Made by a program: the position numbers and the translations under genes
Notes under the pieces: generated by a model
Database searches by the model: none
What the model saw: the letters and a program-made list of their open reading frames with translations, nothing else
What the model was told of the DNA's origin: nothing
Assembly: GCA_030324005.1 (NCBI GenBank)
Contig: JARDVH010000025.1
Span: 120,496,932-120,560,931 of the forward strand
Length of the DNA stretch: 64,000 bases
Source of the DNA: Negaprion brevirostris
Lineage: Eukaryota
Reading direction: 5' to 3'
Shown here: positions 50,392-64,000 of the stretch, in pieces
Numbering within the stretch: the stretch's first letter is position 1
Layout of the letters: every line of letters starts with the position of its first letter

Positions 50392-53300
50392 ACCATTTTG
50401 AGACCCAAGAGGAGACATAGGACAAGAGTATACCACTGGTGGATATGATGTAGCTGAGTAAAATTCAGGTTCAAGTTCAGGTGTACCATATGCCAAATAA
50501 GATACTGAAGAGGTAGATTTAACTCTCCAACGTAGCTGATATTTAAAATGATCATTATCTGCATAATGAACCCCATTACAATCATATGTTCATACTTATC
50601 AGAAATTGTGTTGGTCTTTTAATTCTACTAATCTCATCTCGAGGTGTATAGATTCTACACAACATTGTAAATCGTGCACAGGTGTCATTAAAATATGTTG
50701 CACGCCGTGACATAATTAAGCCTCATCAACGGAAACACAGCACAATGGATTTCATTACACCACTGCACCATAAACTCATATTTAAACATGCAGAGACATC
50801 CATACGTAACTGTTGCATCTGATTCGCCCATAAATGTCTACCTTCGCACTGCATTCGAAGGAATAAACAATAAGTCTCCCATTTGGCCTTCGTTATAGCT
50901 GTCGTAACATACCGATTGTGACGACTCCACACCAGTCAGCAAAATCAGAAGTGCAATTCCCACGGAAATAAACTCATTCCCTCTCCAGCAGATAATGGTA
51001 GTACCTACTGTTATATACAGTTTATATTAGATCCTGTTCTTATTTAGAGACTAATGGATTTATCTTCCTGTTGGAACAGATTTGGTTTAAATAGAAATTA
51101 ACCCTAGTCTTTACATTGGAATATTGGTAAATATTTCAAGTGATTTGTTTTTACTACGAGGAACATTTACAAAGCATTATCATCTCTATAGATGACAACA
51201 AAATATCCCAGTATGAAAAGGAAAAGTATGAACGAATTCTGGTGAGAAGCAGCAATAGAAAACTATTGCTAAGGCAAAAGTGATAAAGATCCATCCAAGA
51301 AGAGTTAGAGAAAATCTGGATGACATAAGCTACACAAGTGTCACAACTGTGAGCGTCAAGATAAACTGTGTTCTACCTGTAAGATACTGTAACATGTAAC
51401 AAGTATCCTCAGAAACATTAGCCTTGAGCACCATGGCAATCCGTACCAAATTAGCCCTGTTTGCCTTCTCTAAATGCGGTCTCAATAATTCCCCCAAAAT
51501 ATTGTGAAAATTGACTCATAAGCAACTGGAAAAAAAACTTTTCAATCCTTCTAACGGGTGACCTTTATTATATCCAATTGCAGTTAAACTCGTTTCTTTT
51601 ACTTCCACTAAAGTTCCCACTCCAACATTTTGAGGATCGGGGAATGCAAGCAGCACAGCTGGAATAAGTCAACGTACAAATAATTGTACCTGTTTTACCT
51701 CATCCCACACATAAAGTGCTCACTGCTGTCAAATATTTTCGAGGAACGCAAATGGATCTGCTGCTAACTTAAATTCAGTAACTTTCTTAGCTATCTCAGC
51801 TAATTGTGCTACCGTGAATGGAGTTGAATATGTAACTGCCTGAGACTCCTCACCCCTGCTACTTCGAGTCGTTACCGGATTCATTGGAACAGGAGATGGC
51901 TCTGGAGGTGCTGAAGGGTTCGCCCCACAGGTAAAGGATGTGGAAGTCGCCAGTTTTGATGACGTTCTAAATATTGATTTGTTGCTGCTTGCAAGACACC
52001 CTAATCTATTGCATCATCTTCATCCTGCACCGCAACTGTCTAAAATGCCTGCATTGATGATTGTGACTTCCACTTTTCAATTACTCGCTGGCACTTAGAA
52101 TGGTCAGCTGTGGAAACCTGTTTTTCATTACTGACTTGGTGTGAGACTTTAAATGCTACCTGTAGATATGTGTATTTCTCTGTTAACAAGACACAGATTT
52201 TTTTTTTTAATTCTACATCATCCCTTTCAGTAATAGCTCGCTGCTTTTCATGATAAGCTTTTTCACACTGAAGCTGAAATTGAGCCATGTGCCGCGTATT
52301 TCTTGATTTCTTTGTTCTTCACTTGCCACTTCAACTGGAAGCCATTCCATCACTTTCTCCATACTATCCATTTTAATTGTAGCACCCTCCTGCACTTTAT
52401 TTCTTTATCTACAACATGGTGTAACTCATTCTTTCTCATCTTCATTGTTATTCCCCGTTGCTTCATTTTTAAGTTTGCATTCTCTCGTTCATCATTTATT
52501 CACTTAAGTTCCTTTTTTTTCCTGTAACTGCCCCAAACAACTGGCAAATGCTGTTACTTTACTTATTTTATCTGCCCCCTTCCCCTGCGTTAGACATCGT
52601 TCATTCCAACATTTGTGACCCACTGATCTCCTACCCTCTGAAGATACAAAATTCCACCTGACAGAGCCATTTTTTATGGCGATAATCACTTAATATTTCT
52701 CTCCATTTCGAACACTCGGTCATTTTCCCATTACTTCGAGATTAAACGAAGAGAGGAAGACAGGCAAAATAGCCCAATAACTTATTTTGTGCTCGAAATT
52801 TGTTCCTCCTCTCCCTGCGTCCGGCGTATCAGGAACATGAATCAATCCACATAACTATCAAAAGATAGGTCTTCAATCCCTCCTCACGGCCGGCTATAGA
52901 GTTACAACAGTCCCTATTTTAGCGAGCATCCCCTATACTGCATTTATTCTCTGGAATAAACGACAGTTTTCTTCTAAATTACTTAAACATTTTAACAATA
53001 CAACCTGGAGCAATTTTTATAGTGACTACGTATCGGGTCGCATCTGGGGTGCCATTTCTTCTGTCCAAACCTGTGTGTTTTAACCGCAGTGAATAAAGGG
53101 ACACAGTTGACTTCACACCCTTAAACACAATGTTCTTTATTTTGTAGCGATTGAACAACGGTAAATATTTGCAATGCATAAACCAAATGCTTATATTTGT
53201 TACTTTACTTAACTTTAGATTGATTTCCACTTTCAACTAAAACCTAGCCAGGGTTTACCTGCCATATGGAATCCGTTCTTTTTCTCTCTTCTCTTTCCAG

Positions 53301-53520
53301 ATGTTGTCTCTTTTTAAGAGCTTGGTTTCCTGGTTCGACACACTGCCTTTCTGAGCAAGTTCTTTGTATTAGTTCCTTGTTAATCAACTAATGGATGGAT
53401 CAGGACCCCAATTGCATCGTTCGATTACACCAATCAAATCCAACCATAGCATCATTTGTCACTTCAGGCTTCATCGTCAAAATGCATATTGTTTATATTC
53501 CAATGCTCAGCTAAGGAACC
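50392..53520 (-). mobile_element. ERV copy 3 (5' env, small hydrophobic ORF, gag, leader, LTR truncated by deletion)
   Basis: Colinear with 41107-44220 at roughly 90% identity by eye. Confidence 0.82.
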
Positions 53521-56500
53521 CTTGTTCTTTCATAGGACGCAGGAGGAGTCCTTGTTCTTTCATAGGGCGCAGGAGGAGCAATGCAACCCTCAGTTGCATT
53601 GGCTTCCATGTCTACCTTCAAATATAAATTGCATATCCAAATAAGGAACGAAGTATATTAGCATTGTGGCTGAAGGCTGCAGTCTGGCATTTAAGTAGGT
53701 AATTATATTCAGACCTGGCACACAAACGTATGCATGTTCAGCAATGGCAGGATGGCAGGGCGGCTCACTCATTAGCACTGCTGCTTCACAGCTGCAGAGG
53801 TGTCAGTTCGATTCCCTGCTTGAGTCAATGTCTGTGTGGAGTTTGCACGTTCTCGCTGTGTCTGCGTGGGTTCGTCTGGATGCTTTTCCACCCACAGTCC
53901 ATACATGTGCAGTTTAGGTGAATTGGCCATGCTAAATTTTCTCCCAGTGCACCTGAACAGGCTTCGGAGAGTGGTGACGAGGAGATTTTCACCGGACATT
54001 CATTTAATTGTGACTGTAAGCTTACTCATGACGATAAACTAACAAATAAAAAAGAGGGCAAATGAACGATTACCCTTTTTTTGCGTTGTAATGCTTTATT
54101 TTTCCTTGCCATGAGCGAAAGTAGACAACCACATGGGAAAGGTAAATGTAAATATGAACATTGTGATTCTTGAAGTGATGATGGGGTGGGGTAGCTGAGT
54201 GGTGGTGTAACGCATTAATACCTGGCGTGTCGAAAATTCTGTACTCTGTTCTACTGGCTATGAGTGTGTTTTTAAACTTCTTACAATCATAATCCATTTT
54301 AATTCTACAGGTATATCCTGACGGCTTTCAGACTTACGAAATGATACACCAATACCATTCCGAAACAAGATGCGACGGATGTTACTTGACCTGGGCCATT
54401 CAGTTGTTACAGCAAGTCGGCTAGATGGATGAAGTATCCGGTAAACCCTTGAATTAACTTTTTCTTCGGCTCATTTCCCTGAGTACAAGAAAGGCCAGAT
54501 TCAGCTCCTCTGAAATGGAACACGGATCAAGCTGAGAACAGCTTTCACTGCACTGTCAAGGTGACATTAAATATATGAAACCGACATGATTCTTTCTTGT
54601 ATAGTTATGTCGTATTATCGAAGTTATATAAGTCTCATTAAGGTTTTTTTTTAAGAACAGCCATATTGAAATTGAAATATAACGTGATTACACTTCCTTC
54701 GAACACCAAATATTTAGTAAAACATGGATGCGACCTTTAGCATACGCCTCCATGGTGTCAGATTGTTTCTGATGAGCTGATTTTCCTTCCTTAATATCCA
54801 TGCGATTAGTTATAACCCATGAGGAAATAGACATTTCTGAGTTCGGGCAAGATATGGTCAAGCACATTTTGACATGATAATCGTAGATTTGTTTGGAACC
54901 GACAAACAAATGACATATCATTTTAGTTTGACAATATTAAAACGCTATTATGTTATGGTCAGTATATCCTATCATGCTTGGTCTGTACACGGAAAGCATG
55001 GCGACTAGTTAATTATATTTGAACTGGTTACCGACCTGATGGTTGCGAGGATATCTCCCAAACACGGTATTATTCTGGTTGGCAGAGAATTAAAAAAACA
55101 CATTAATGCACTCAGCTCATCGACACAGATTCATAATCCATTTGACAGAAACCACAACTGAGAGGCATTATCTTTGTTCCATTATGTGTCGCTGAAATTT
55201 ACTTACACGTTTCTATCACGTAAGGCCTCCGTCGACAGATACCGGTGGAGAGATTTCCAGAATTCAACGAGTTTCTTGTAACTAAAGTGCTTTGCGATCT
55301 CCATTTATAATGGCCCGGCAACGTCACTATGATTGCATTGGCTTTTGTCTTGATGTGCACCCTTTGAAATTAAATAAAAGAACCCTGAATTTTACTAGTA
55401 GCCGAACAGATGTTGTCAATTTGCCTCCACAGACTAAACGGATTTCCAATTTCAAATTCCTCGTTGTTTCACTTCTGACTAAACATATGAGAACACAAAC
55501 AAATTTTCTGCAGGGGTAAAACATAACCTGATGTATCTTAATTACAGCGAGCTGCCTGGGTGTCACGCCGGGCAAAGTAAAACAATGTGAGAATTCATTT
55601 CATTTGTATTACTTCCTCAAATTTTGATTTCTAACATACTTTACTTTTTGTAGTATCTATTTTTTGGGGGCGGGGGTGTCGGTGGTGGATGGTTACAGCG
55701 TGGTTAAGATCAGTTCTAATTTAAAAGCAGGAATGAAAACAGAAGTAATCTGAAAACAATTAGCAATTACGGCAGAATTTAGCATGGGAAATACCAAACA
55801 AAGAAAGCCAATATTATTTCCTGACAATGTGAAACAGTGACAATTTGGCAGTACAACTGGTCCTTCCAAAAGTCATGCATATGGTTTTTGGGAATTCTTA
55901 CAAAACTTACCAGGGGTCCGGTTGGAATGTAAACTCAATTTATAAACTACCTGGAATGTAAAGATTGACACAATAATGGTTACCGTATGGCGTCTATGTC
56001 TTGATGCAAAAATCAATCTGTTTCACTAAAGCACTTTGACAATGAAACTTGCCATTCTTGTTGTCCTGGCCTTAATCTGGCCCGAGAATCACAGCAAAAT
56101 AGATGGTTTTTAACTTACCTTTGAAACTGTGCAACAAGTGTGCAAGTGTATTTAGGGATGGACACTAAATGCTGCGCATTCGAGCAACGTTCACATCCCA
56201 CGAAAGAAGGGGGGAAAAAAAAGCAGAAGACATTTTTTGACGACATTACATTAAAAGTAAAATCGGAATTAATAACATCTATGTTGATATATGAATGCAA
56301 TGTCGACGAGATTAGTGTTTTTATATGGACACAGGCCTTCAAAGGATCTTTAGGAAGTATCACATGACGGATTATGAAACATATTTGAAAAATATTGGGA
56401 ATTTATGAATTTCGCGAAAAGGACGGAGGGCAGATGTTCTCCAGTGGTTAATAGTAATATATAAGTGCTTTAGTTCAACATTATTGACCTTCAGATCTGC

Positions 56501-57064
56501 ACATAGGGCACCATTTCATGTGCTGAAGATGACAGGCGTCCGGGCAATGAAATCCGTGAAGCGGTGGATAGCAGCTGATATCGGAGAACATAGTAACATT
56601 CTTGGCATACGGAGATATATGTCACTAAAACAGGCGGAATAAATGATATATGTAAACTTGACGAAGAATGTGGAGAGAAACTATGACTGAATTGGTATAT
56701 GTCTGGAAGTTGGTTCAAAAATATAATGTCTTTTGATTGCATACGCCCAGGCGCTGACACTAACAGGCGTCTAACTATAACTCAGAGCTGCTTTGCTGCA
56801 TTCTCATAAGCGTCAGGTTGTGGTGGTCTGAATAATTCGAAACCCGATTTGAGGCCTGTTTCTAATATTGACTTAAATTTCATACATCATACTTTTTGAA
56901 GGATTTCCCATATGCTAGAAGAGGAAAGCGAATGCAGATAGCTGAAAGAGTACCAATGTGAGGCGATGCATTTAGTTGGGGAGCTTTTCAAAGTTTCAGG
57001 GGTTTTTTTGAGGACAGTGAAGCCAAAGAAGAAAATGTAATGAATGTGTTCGAAGTGTTTACTT

Positions 57065-57380
57065 GGAGCACGGTGGCAAAATGCTTAACGCTGTTGCTTC
57101 ATAACACTCGAGATCCGAGTTCAATTCCAGCCTTGGGTTACTGTTTGGATTTTGCAAATGCCCCCGCATTTGCATGGGTTTCCTCCTGCTGCTCCGGTTT
57201 GCTCTCACACTCCATTGATATGATGGTTCGGTTCGTTGGCCATGCTAAATTGACTCTTTATGTCAGGGTTATTGACAGAGCAAGTGCGTGGGATTTGGGG
57301 GATAAGGTCTGGATGGATTGTTATCGGTGCAGGCTCGAGGGGCTGAATGAGCTCCTTCTCCTACTGTCGAGTTTCTGTGA
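57065..57380 (+). mobile_element. Degenerate V-SINE
   Basis: gcacggtggca...gctg.tgcttca head, gcatgggtttcctcc.gctgctccggttt, and tggccatgctaaattg. Confidence 0.75.
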
Positions 57381-57596
57381 TTAGCTCATTCGAGAATTCT
57401 ATATGAAATGAAACATTCCGTGAGAACCAAAGTTCGCTATTTTATTTAAAACGTTCATGGTTTTGCGTAGGATTTAATATAGGTGCATTTTTTTTCCCGA
57501 ACAATTGCACGTCGATCAACTGATGAAGATTGCATGTAGCATTTATTGAGTAAGGGAACTAATGTCGGGATAGACAGGAATGCATACGAATGGACG

Positions 57597-60500
57597 AACG
57601 GACAGACGGGCTTAGTCCATTCTTGCCATGTAGAAAGCCATATGAAATATCGAAATTATCGGTAACAATTGTATCATAAGGGGTTCGAGCTCATCTTTAA
57701 TAAACACAATGAAGCACCATTACGAACAAGAGCCGTTATTGCAATTGTGAAATGTTTCACGTTTGATTTACCACTAAAATCAAACCGCATCCTGCATCTC
57801 ACTGAGCAACAAACATTACGTGTTCTTCCAATACAGCTTAGGCAAAGCAAAAACTTGTGGTCACACTTACTCGTGGCTTTTTTCGCATCGTCCCATATAA
57901 TTGCATAACGACTATTTGTGTTTCATTTCAAACGTATGTGATAAAACTATTGCAGTAGCAATTCGCTTAAACAATCTAAAATTATGAGGATTAACCATGT
58001 TGCGTAATGAACACAGTGCAGCTATCAACTTGTCATCCCGCTATTCTCGTTTGAGAGGCAGCTCGAACTCAGGGCTCAGTGCAGTGGGAGGAAGCAGAAT
58101 TAACCTTTAGGAGCATCAGAAAATAAAGATAGTTGTCTCAAAAGTTCCGCATGAAGTCTCGCTGATAGACCTTAGTATAGTTAACACAATGAGGAGTTTT
58201 AAAACATTTTTATATTTATTAAACATGAAGTGAGGCAGCGATTAGATGTGTGATCCGCTCAATTTCAGATCAAGTGATGCCTGCGGGATTGATACTGATT
58301 CAGTATCATTTGCTCTGAAAAATTGCAACAATACAGCAAGTGCAGACAGGAGAAACACAGGCATAATAATACACACTCCCTCAAACAATCAAAAGTGCAA
58401 AACTGAAAATAAAGTCATATAATAAAGAAATTAAAAATTGTGTTAGTCATCCAGCCATAATATTTCCTACACTTTGTGCACTGCAATGGTTCAAGAAGAC
58501 AAATCACCACCACCTTCTCATTAGCAACTAGGGATAGGCAATAAATCCTGGTCTAGCCAAACGGCGCCCACACCCCGTGAGTACATGTTCAAAAAAAGTT
58601 ATCTGCCTTCAGTTATATTTATTGAATGAGCGCAGATGAACTGGCAGTTAAATCTGACAGTTAAATGTTAAGAGGATCCAGGAAGAAAAGTCTTCATTTG
58701 GGCCCGGTTATGTGGACCATCCCATCTGCACATGCAAGACGACAGACTCATACCTGTAGGGATTGGCATGTTCTGTTGCTTTCCTCAGCCTTCACTACCA
58801 AGATATTAACTTACTTTGGTTTGAATATGGAATGATATAGGACAGAAGATGAGATAAACATATCACCCGAGCAGTTTAGATTAAACACCTAGGCGTACAA
58901 AATTATCTGGTAATTGGAAACGTCACCATTTTGAAATCGAGAGAAATTATATACATAAAATATATTGATACAGTTTTGAGCGAGATTCGAAAACAGATAT
59001 TTAGTAACCACAGAGGATCAGGGAAATAACATCAACGGATTCATTGCCGCAAACAATATAGGAGCTGAAATAGACGCAGTGCTATTTTATGGTGATGTAT
59101 ATGGTCGATTGACGCCTTGTCAAACAGTCATGTGAATCTGTGCATACATAGGTGAACGTGATCATGTCATATGTGTGCTCGAACTCTAAGAAGAACAATA
59201 ACGGTCATTCCTGCCGGTTAATAGAATGCACGAGTTTTTTTTTGATTATTTTTCTTGTGCTTTTTTCCGATCCATCCTCTGACGCAATGGTTGTTTTGTT
59301 CCCACTTTAAGAATGTCATTATGTTCTCCCTCCAAGTCCACCAAAGGCTGCAGACAAGAGCCCCGGGAGAAATTGCTTGTCAGTACGACTGGACGAGGAT
59401 TGGTGTCCCTCAAGCTATCAGTTCCTGGCTGCAGCCTCGCGACCCTGCTGGGTGAACTAATAACTATGGAATCAACAATCAACCATTGTGCACCACTCGA
59501 TGTGGGAAGTGACTTGAAATGATTCCGATACAAATGTGCTTCTACTAGTTTAAGTAGCTCAAAGTTCCCTGGCTGATTACATTCATAATGGAAGGATTTT
59601 GAAACGAGTTCCGGTCTTATCAGAATGGGGCATTATTGAAATAAGCCTTCCAACTAACTTTCTCTGTTTTGTTTTTATTTGCTGTCACATTTCGCTCACA
59701 GCCCAACATCAACTTCTCCAAACGATTAGGAAAAAACAAGTCTGGAATTGTGGTGCTGTCCCGAGCGTGCGCAGATTTATTACCTTTGTGATTGTTGTTT
59801 GCATGAATAACTTATGCAATACAATTTCTGCAACATGGAAGTTGTAGGCAATGTGAATAATAATGAAATAGGTTTTCTGTTCGTGAGGACAATCATTTGC
59901 TGATCCCAAAGGAATTGAGCAGATTTAAACCGATGCAGAAGAACGCGAAGAACTATTTATTTCCAAGAAAAATGTGAGACAACGTAAAAAAAAAGAAATT
60001 CAACTCATAGTCAAATCACATAACGAACTGATCGTGTTTGTCACTGGATATTGAAAGGGACAAGGGAGGTAGAATGGGTGATGCAAAAAACCGAAACAAA
60101 CGTGTTTGGAAGATTTCATAATTGAAACACAGTTGCTAACAGTTACATGATGGTGAATTTTTTACGACATGCTCTTATTCGAAGTCAGTGGAGCATTGAG
60201 CCCGCTTATGTCCAAATCACTATAAATATATTTCTGGAAAGGTGAACCAGAATTGTACCAAGGCCGTTGGGAGATTCATTTCAGCGAATGCTTTGGAAAA
60301 TCAAGGTTTGATGTCCTTTCGAGATGTTGAGATTCAAAGGATATTCGTTGGAAATCGTTGAAATGATTAGCTGGCCCAGACATTGCAGATGGACATAAGT
60401 TTTATCCAGTGCTCAGTGATAATAGATGGAAGGGGAACATGTGGGAAAACACAGAAACGTTTGGTTTGTATTCGTGCAGTGTTTGCTTAACGACTTCAAC

Positions 60501-61024
60501 TAATTGTTTAGCAGTGTGGTGGGTGCATTTTCAATCGTTGCCTTCAAATATAATCGCATATTCATACAAGGAACTGTGGGTTATGCATAGTGATCGTTAG
60601 GGGAAAAGACGGGCGGAATTGGTCAACAGTGTTACGCTTGGGCAAAATCAGTGCTGATACGGGAATGCAAATGGAACCCAACTCTGTGATAGCATGTAAT
60701 GGACGTGCGAAAGACGTGCTGGTTCAGTGAATTGGCCAAGCTGAATTTTCCCTCAGTGTCCGAAAACTGACACCGAAGTGTGGCGACGACTGAATTTTCA
60801 CAACAACGTCATTGCAGTGTTACTCTAAGCCTACTTGTAACGTAAATACATGAACTTTTATCAATGTATTTAGCACTGTATGAATAGCCTTCGTCATAAC
60901 AATCTAGCATCTTCCGAGATTCTGTTGTTTTTCTTCCTCACCACTGCATCTGAAATAGCGTTATGATTATAGGCAGGTAAATACACATGCATCTTGGTAC
61001 ACACGATATTTCCGAATTCCACTT
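57597..61024. repeat. Block D copy 2
   Basis: Colinear with copy 1 (more diverged) and copy 3 (closer). Confidence 0.85.
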
Positions 61025-61124
61025 NNNNNNNNNNNNNNNNNNNNNNNNNNNNNNNNNNNNNNNNNNNNNNNNNNNNNNNNNNNNNNNNNNNNNNNNNNNN
61101 NNNNNNNNNNNNNNNNNNNNNNNN

Positions 61125-64000
61125 ACACATTCCCTCAAACAATCAAAAGTGCAAAATTGAAAATAAAGTGATACAATAAAGAAATTAAAAATTGTGTTAG
61201 TCACCCAGTCATGATATTTCCTACACTTTGTGCACTGCAACAGTTCAAGAAGATAAATCACCACCACCTTCTCATTGGCAACTAGGGATATGCAATAAAT
61301 GCCGGTCTAGCCAAACGGAGCCCACACCCCATGAATAAATATTCAAAAAAAGTTGCCTGCCTTCAGTTACATTTATTGAATGCGCGCACATGGACTGACA
61401 GTTTAATCTGACAGTTAAATGTTAAGAGGATCCAGGAAGAAATGTCTTCATTTGCACGCAGTTATATGGACCAACCCATCCGCACATCCAAGATGACAGA
61501 CTCATCCCCGTAGGGACTGGCATGTTCTGTTGCTTTCCTCAGCCTTCACTACAAAGACATTAACTTACTTTGGTTTGAATAAGGAATGAAATAGGACACA
61601 AGACAAGATAAACATATCACCCGAGCAGTTTAGATCAAACACCTAGGTGAACAGAATTATCTGGTACTTGGAAACGTCAACATTTTGAAATCGAGAAAAA
61701 TGATACACGTAAAATATATTGATACAGTTTTGAGAGAGATTCGAAAACAGATGTTTACGAACCACAGAGGATCTGAGAAATAACATCAACGGATACATTG
61801 CCACAAACAATATAGTAGCTGAAATAGACGCAGTGCTATTTTATGGTGATGTAAACGGTCGATTGACGCCTTGTCAAACAGTCATGTGAGTCTGTGCATA
61901 TATGGGTGAACGTGATCATGTCATATGTGTGATCGAACTCTAAAAAGAACAACAACCATCATGTTAGCCGGTTAATAGAATGGGCGAGATGTTTTTATTA
62001 TTATTCTGGTGCTTTTTCAGATCTATCCTATTACGCAATAGTTCTTTTGTTCCCACTTTAAGAATGTCAATCTGTTATCCCTCCAAGTCCACCAATGGCT
62101 GCAGAGAAGAGCCCCGGGAGAGATTGCTTGTCAGTACGACTGGACGAGGTTTGGTGCCCCTCAAGCTATCAGTTCCTGGCTGCAGTCTCGCAGCACTGCT
62201 GCGTGAACAAATAACTATGGAATCAGCAATCATCCATCGTGCACCACTGGATGTGGGAAGTGACTTGAAATAATTCCTACACCACCGTGCTTCTACTAGT
62301 TTAAGTAGTTCAAAGGTCCCTGGCTGATTACTTTCATAATAGAAGGGCTTTGAAGCGAGTTCCGGTCTGATCAGGATGGGGGCATTATTAAAATAATCCT
62401 TACAAGTAACTTGTTCTGTTTTGTTTTTATTTGCTGTCACATTTCGCTCATAGCCCAAAATCAACTTCTCCAATAGCTTAGGATAACAAAATCTGGAATT
62501 GTGGTGCTGTCCCCAGCGTGCTCAGATTTATTACCTATGTGATTGTTGTTTGCAGGAAAAACTTATGCCAAATAATTACTGCAACATGAAAGTTGGAGGC
62601 AGTATGAATAATAATGATGTAGGTTATCTGTTCGTGAGGACAACGATTTGCTGAACCCCCAAAAAAACTGAGCAGATTTAAACCGATGCAGAAGAATATG
62701 AAGAACAATTTATTTCCAAGAAGAAGGTGAGACAACATAAAAAAGATAAATTTCAACCAGGAGTCAAATCACATAACGAACTGATCGTGTTTGTCATTGG
62801 ATATTGAAAGGGACATGAGAGGCTGATTGGGTGATGAACAACGCAAAACATAGGTGTTTGCAAAATTTCATAATTGAAACACAGTTTTGCTAGCAGTTAC
62901 ATGATGGTGAAATTTATACGATATGCTTTTATTCGAAGTCAGTGGAGCATTGAGTACGCTTATATCCAACTCGCTTTCAGTATATTTCTGGAAAGGTGAA
63001 CCAGTATTGTACCAAGGGCGTTGGAAATTCATTTAAACGAATGCTTTGCAAAATCACGAGTTGATGTCCTTAAGAGGCATTGCGATTCCAAGGACATTTG
63101 TTGGAAATGTTTGAAATGATTAGCTGGTCCAGGCAGTGTAAATAGACCCTAGTTTTATCCAGTGCTCAATGATAATAGATAGAAGGGAAAGATGTGAGAA
63201 AACACAGAAACGCTTGTTTTGTTTTCTTGCAGGGTTTGCTTAACGACTTCAACTAATTGTTTAGGAGTGTGGCGGGTGTATTTTGAATCGTTGTCTTCAA
63301 ATGCAACATAATATTCATACGAGGAACTGTGGGGTGTACATAGTGATCATTAGGGGAAAGGACGGGCGGAATTGGTGAACAGTGTTACGCTTGTACAAAA
63401 TCAGTGCTGATACGGTAACCCAACTCTGCGATAGCATCTAATGAGCGTGCGAAAGATGTGCTGGTTAGCTGCATTGACCATGCTAAATTTTCCCTCAGTG
63501 TACGCAAGCAGACACCGAAGTGTGGCGAGTACGGAATTTTCACAGCAACTTCATTGCAATGTTACTGTAAGCATATTTGTAAGGCGAACAAATGAACTTT
63601 AAATAGTATATTTATCACTGTATGAATAGTCTGTTTCGTAGCAATCCGACATTTTCCGACCTTCTTTTGTTTTGTTTTCTTCCTCGCCACTGCATCTGAA
63701 ATAGAATTATGATTACAGGCTGGTAAATATACATTCATCTTGCTAGACACAATATTTTCAAAATCCAGTAAAATAAAATCAATGGCTAGCAGCATATTTA
63801 TTATCCCGGGTTTTTAATGGGAACATTCGGTTTCTACATTTACAGCTGCAACACAATCGGTCTATGCTTGAAATATTAGGACATTGGAAAATGGTAGACA
63901 AGTGTTTTACAAACAGACTTTTCTAACACGTCTTTTCCATTCATATCGTTAGTAAAGAACGCAGGACAATAATATTTAAAAAATGCCCATTTACTTGGAA
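61125..64000. repeat. Block D copy 3 (tandem, runs off the window end)
   Basis: Starts after an N-gap at acacattccctcaaacaatc, matching 58372 onward. Confidence 0.85.

Larger units (their letters stand above)
41107..55730. repeat. Tandem segmental triplication (units ~41107-46162, 46263-50291, 50392-55730)
   Basis: Each unit repeats ERV 5' end, flank, SINE and an AT-rich block. Parallel spurious ORFs occur at 45635/48801, 43679/46867/52979 and 49258/54688. Confidence 0.88.

Noticed and set aside
62075-62473. 132-aa ORF with similar peptides at 18435-18629 and 59246-59533
   Set aside because: The similarity follows from DNA duplication. Stops and frames differ between copies, with no recognisable domain or splice structure.

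Overview
This is eukaryotic, repeat-rich, gapped draft-assembly DNA, most likely from a cartilaginous fish. The shark call is inferred from HE1/V-SINE-like SINEs, CR1, Rex1/Babar and Penelope fragments and a palindromic MITE-like repeat. Most ORF-track entries are spurious; real coding sequence is in short spliced exons. (1) Two paralogous minus-strand genes encode type I membrane receptors with C2-type Ig domains carrying leukocyte-receptor-complex (LILR/CHIR/IGSF1-like) signatures. Gene A (~14087 down to <=4020) has a split signal peptide with a 30-nt mini-exon, 2 Ig exons, a stalk, a TM exon and tail exons. Gene B (38301 down to ~21200) has a leader, at least 5 Ig exons (one internally duplicated), a TM exon and an uncertain tail. 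(2) Upstream of gene B is a decayed, pol-less retrovirus-like LTR element (LTR, gag, small hydrophobic ORF, F-type env, PPT, partial LTR), triplicated together with its flank (39.5-55.7 kb). (3) A ~3.5-kb non-coding block occurs three times (16.5-20.1, 57.6-61.0, 61.1-64.0 kb), outlining an old gene-plus-flank duplication unit. Two short templated insertions mark deletion junctions in the duplicated units. Exon boundaries were read by hand from GT-AG sites and phase. Family assignments rest on motif recognition only, with no database search, and N-gaps hide some exons.
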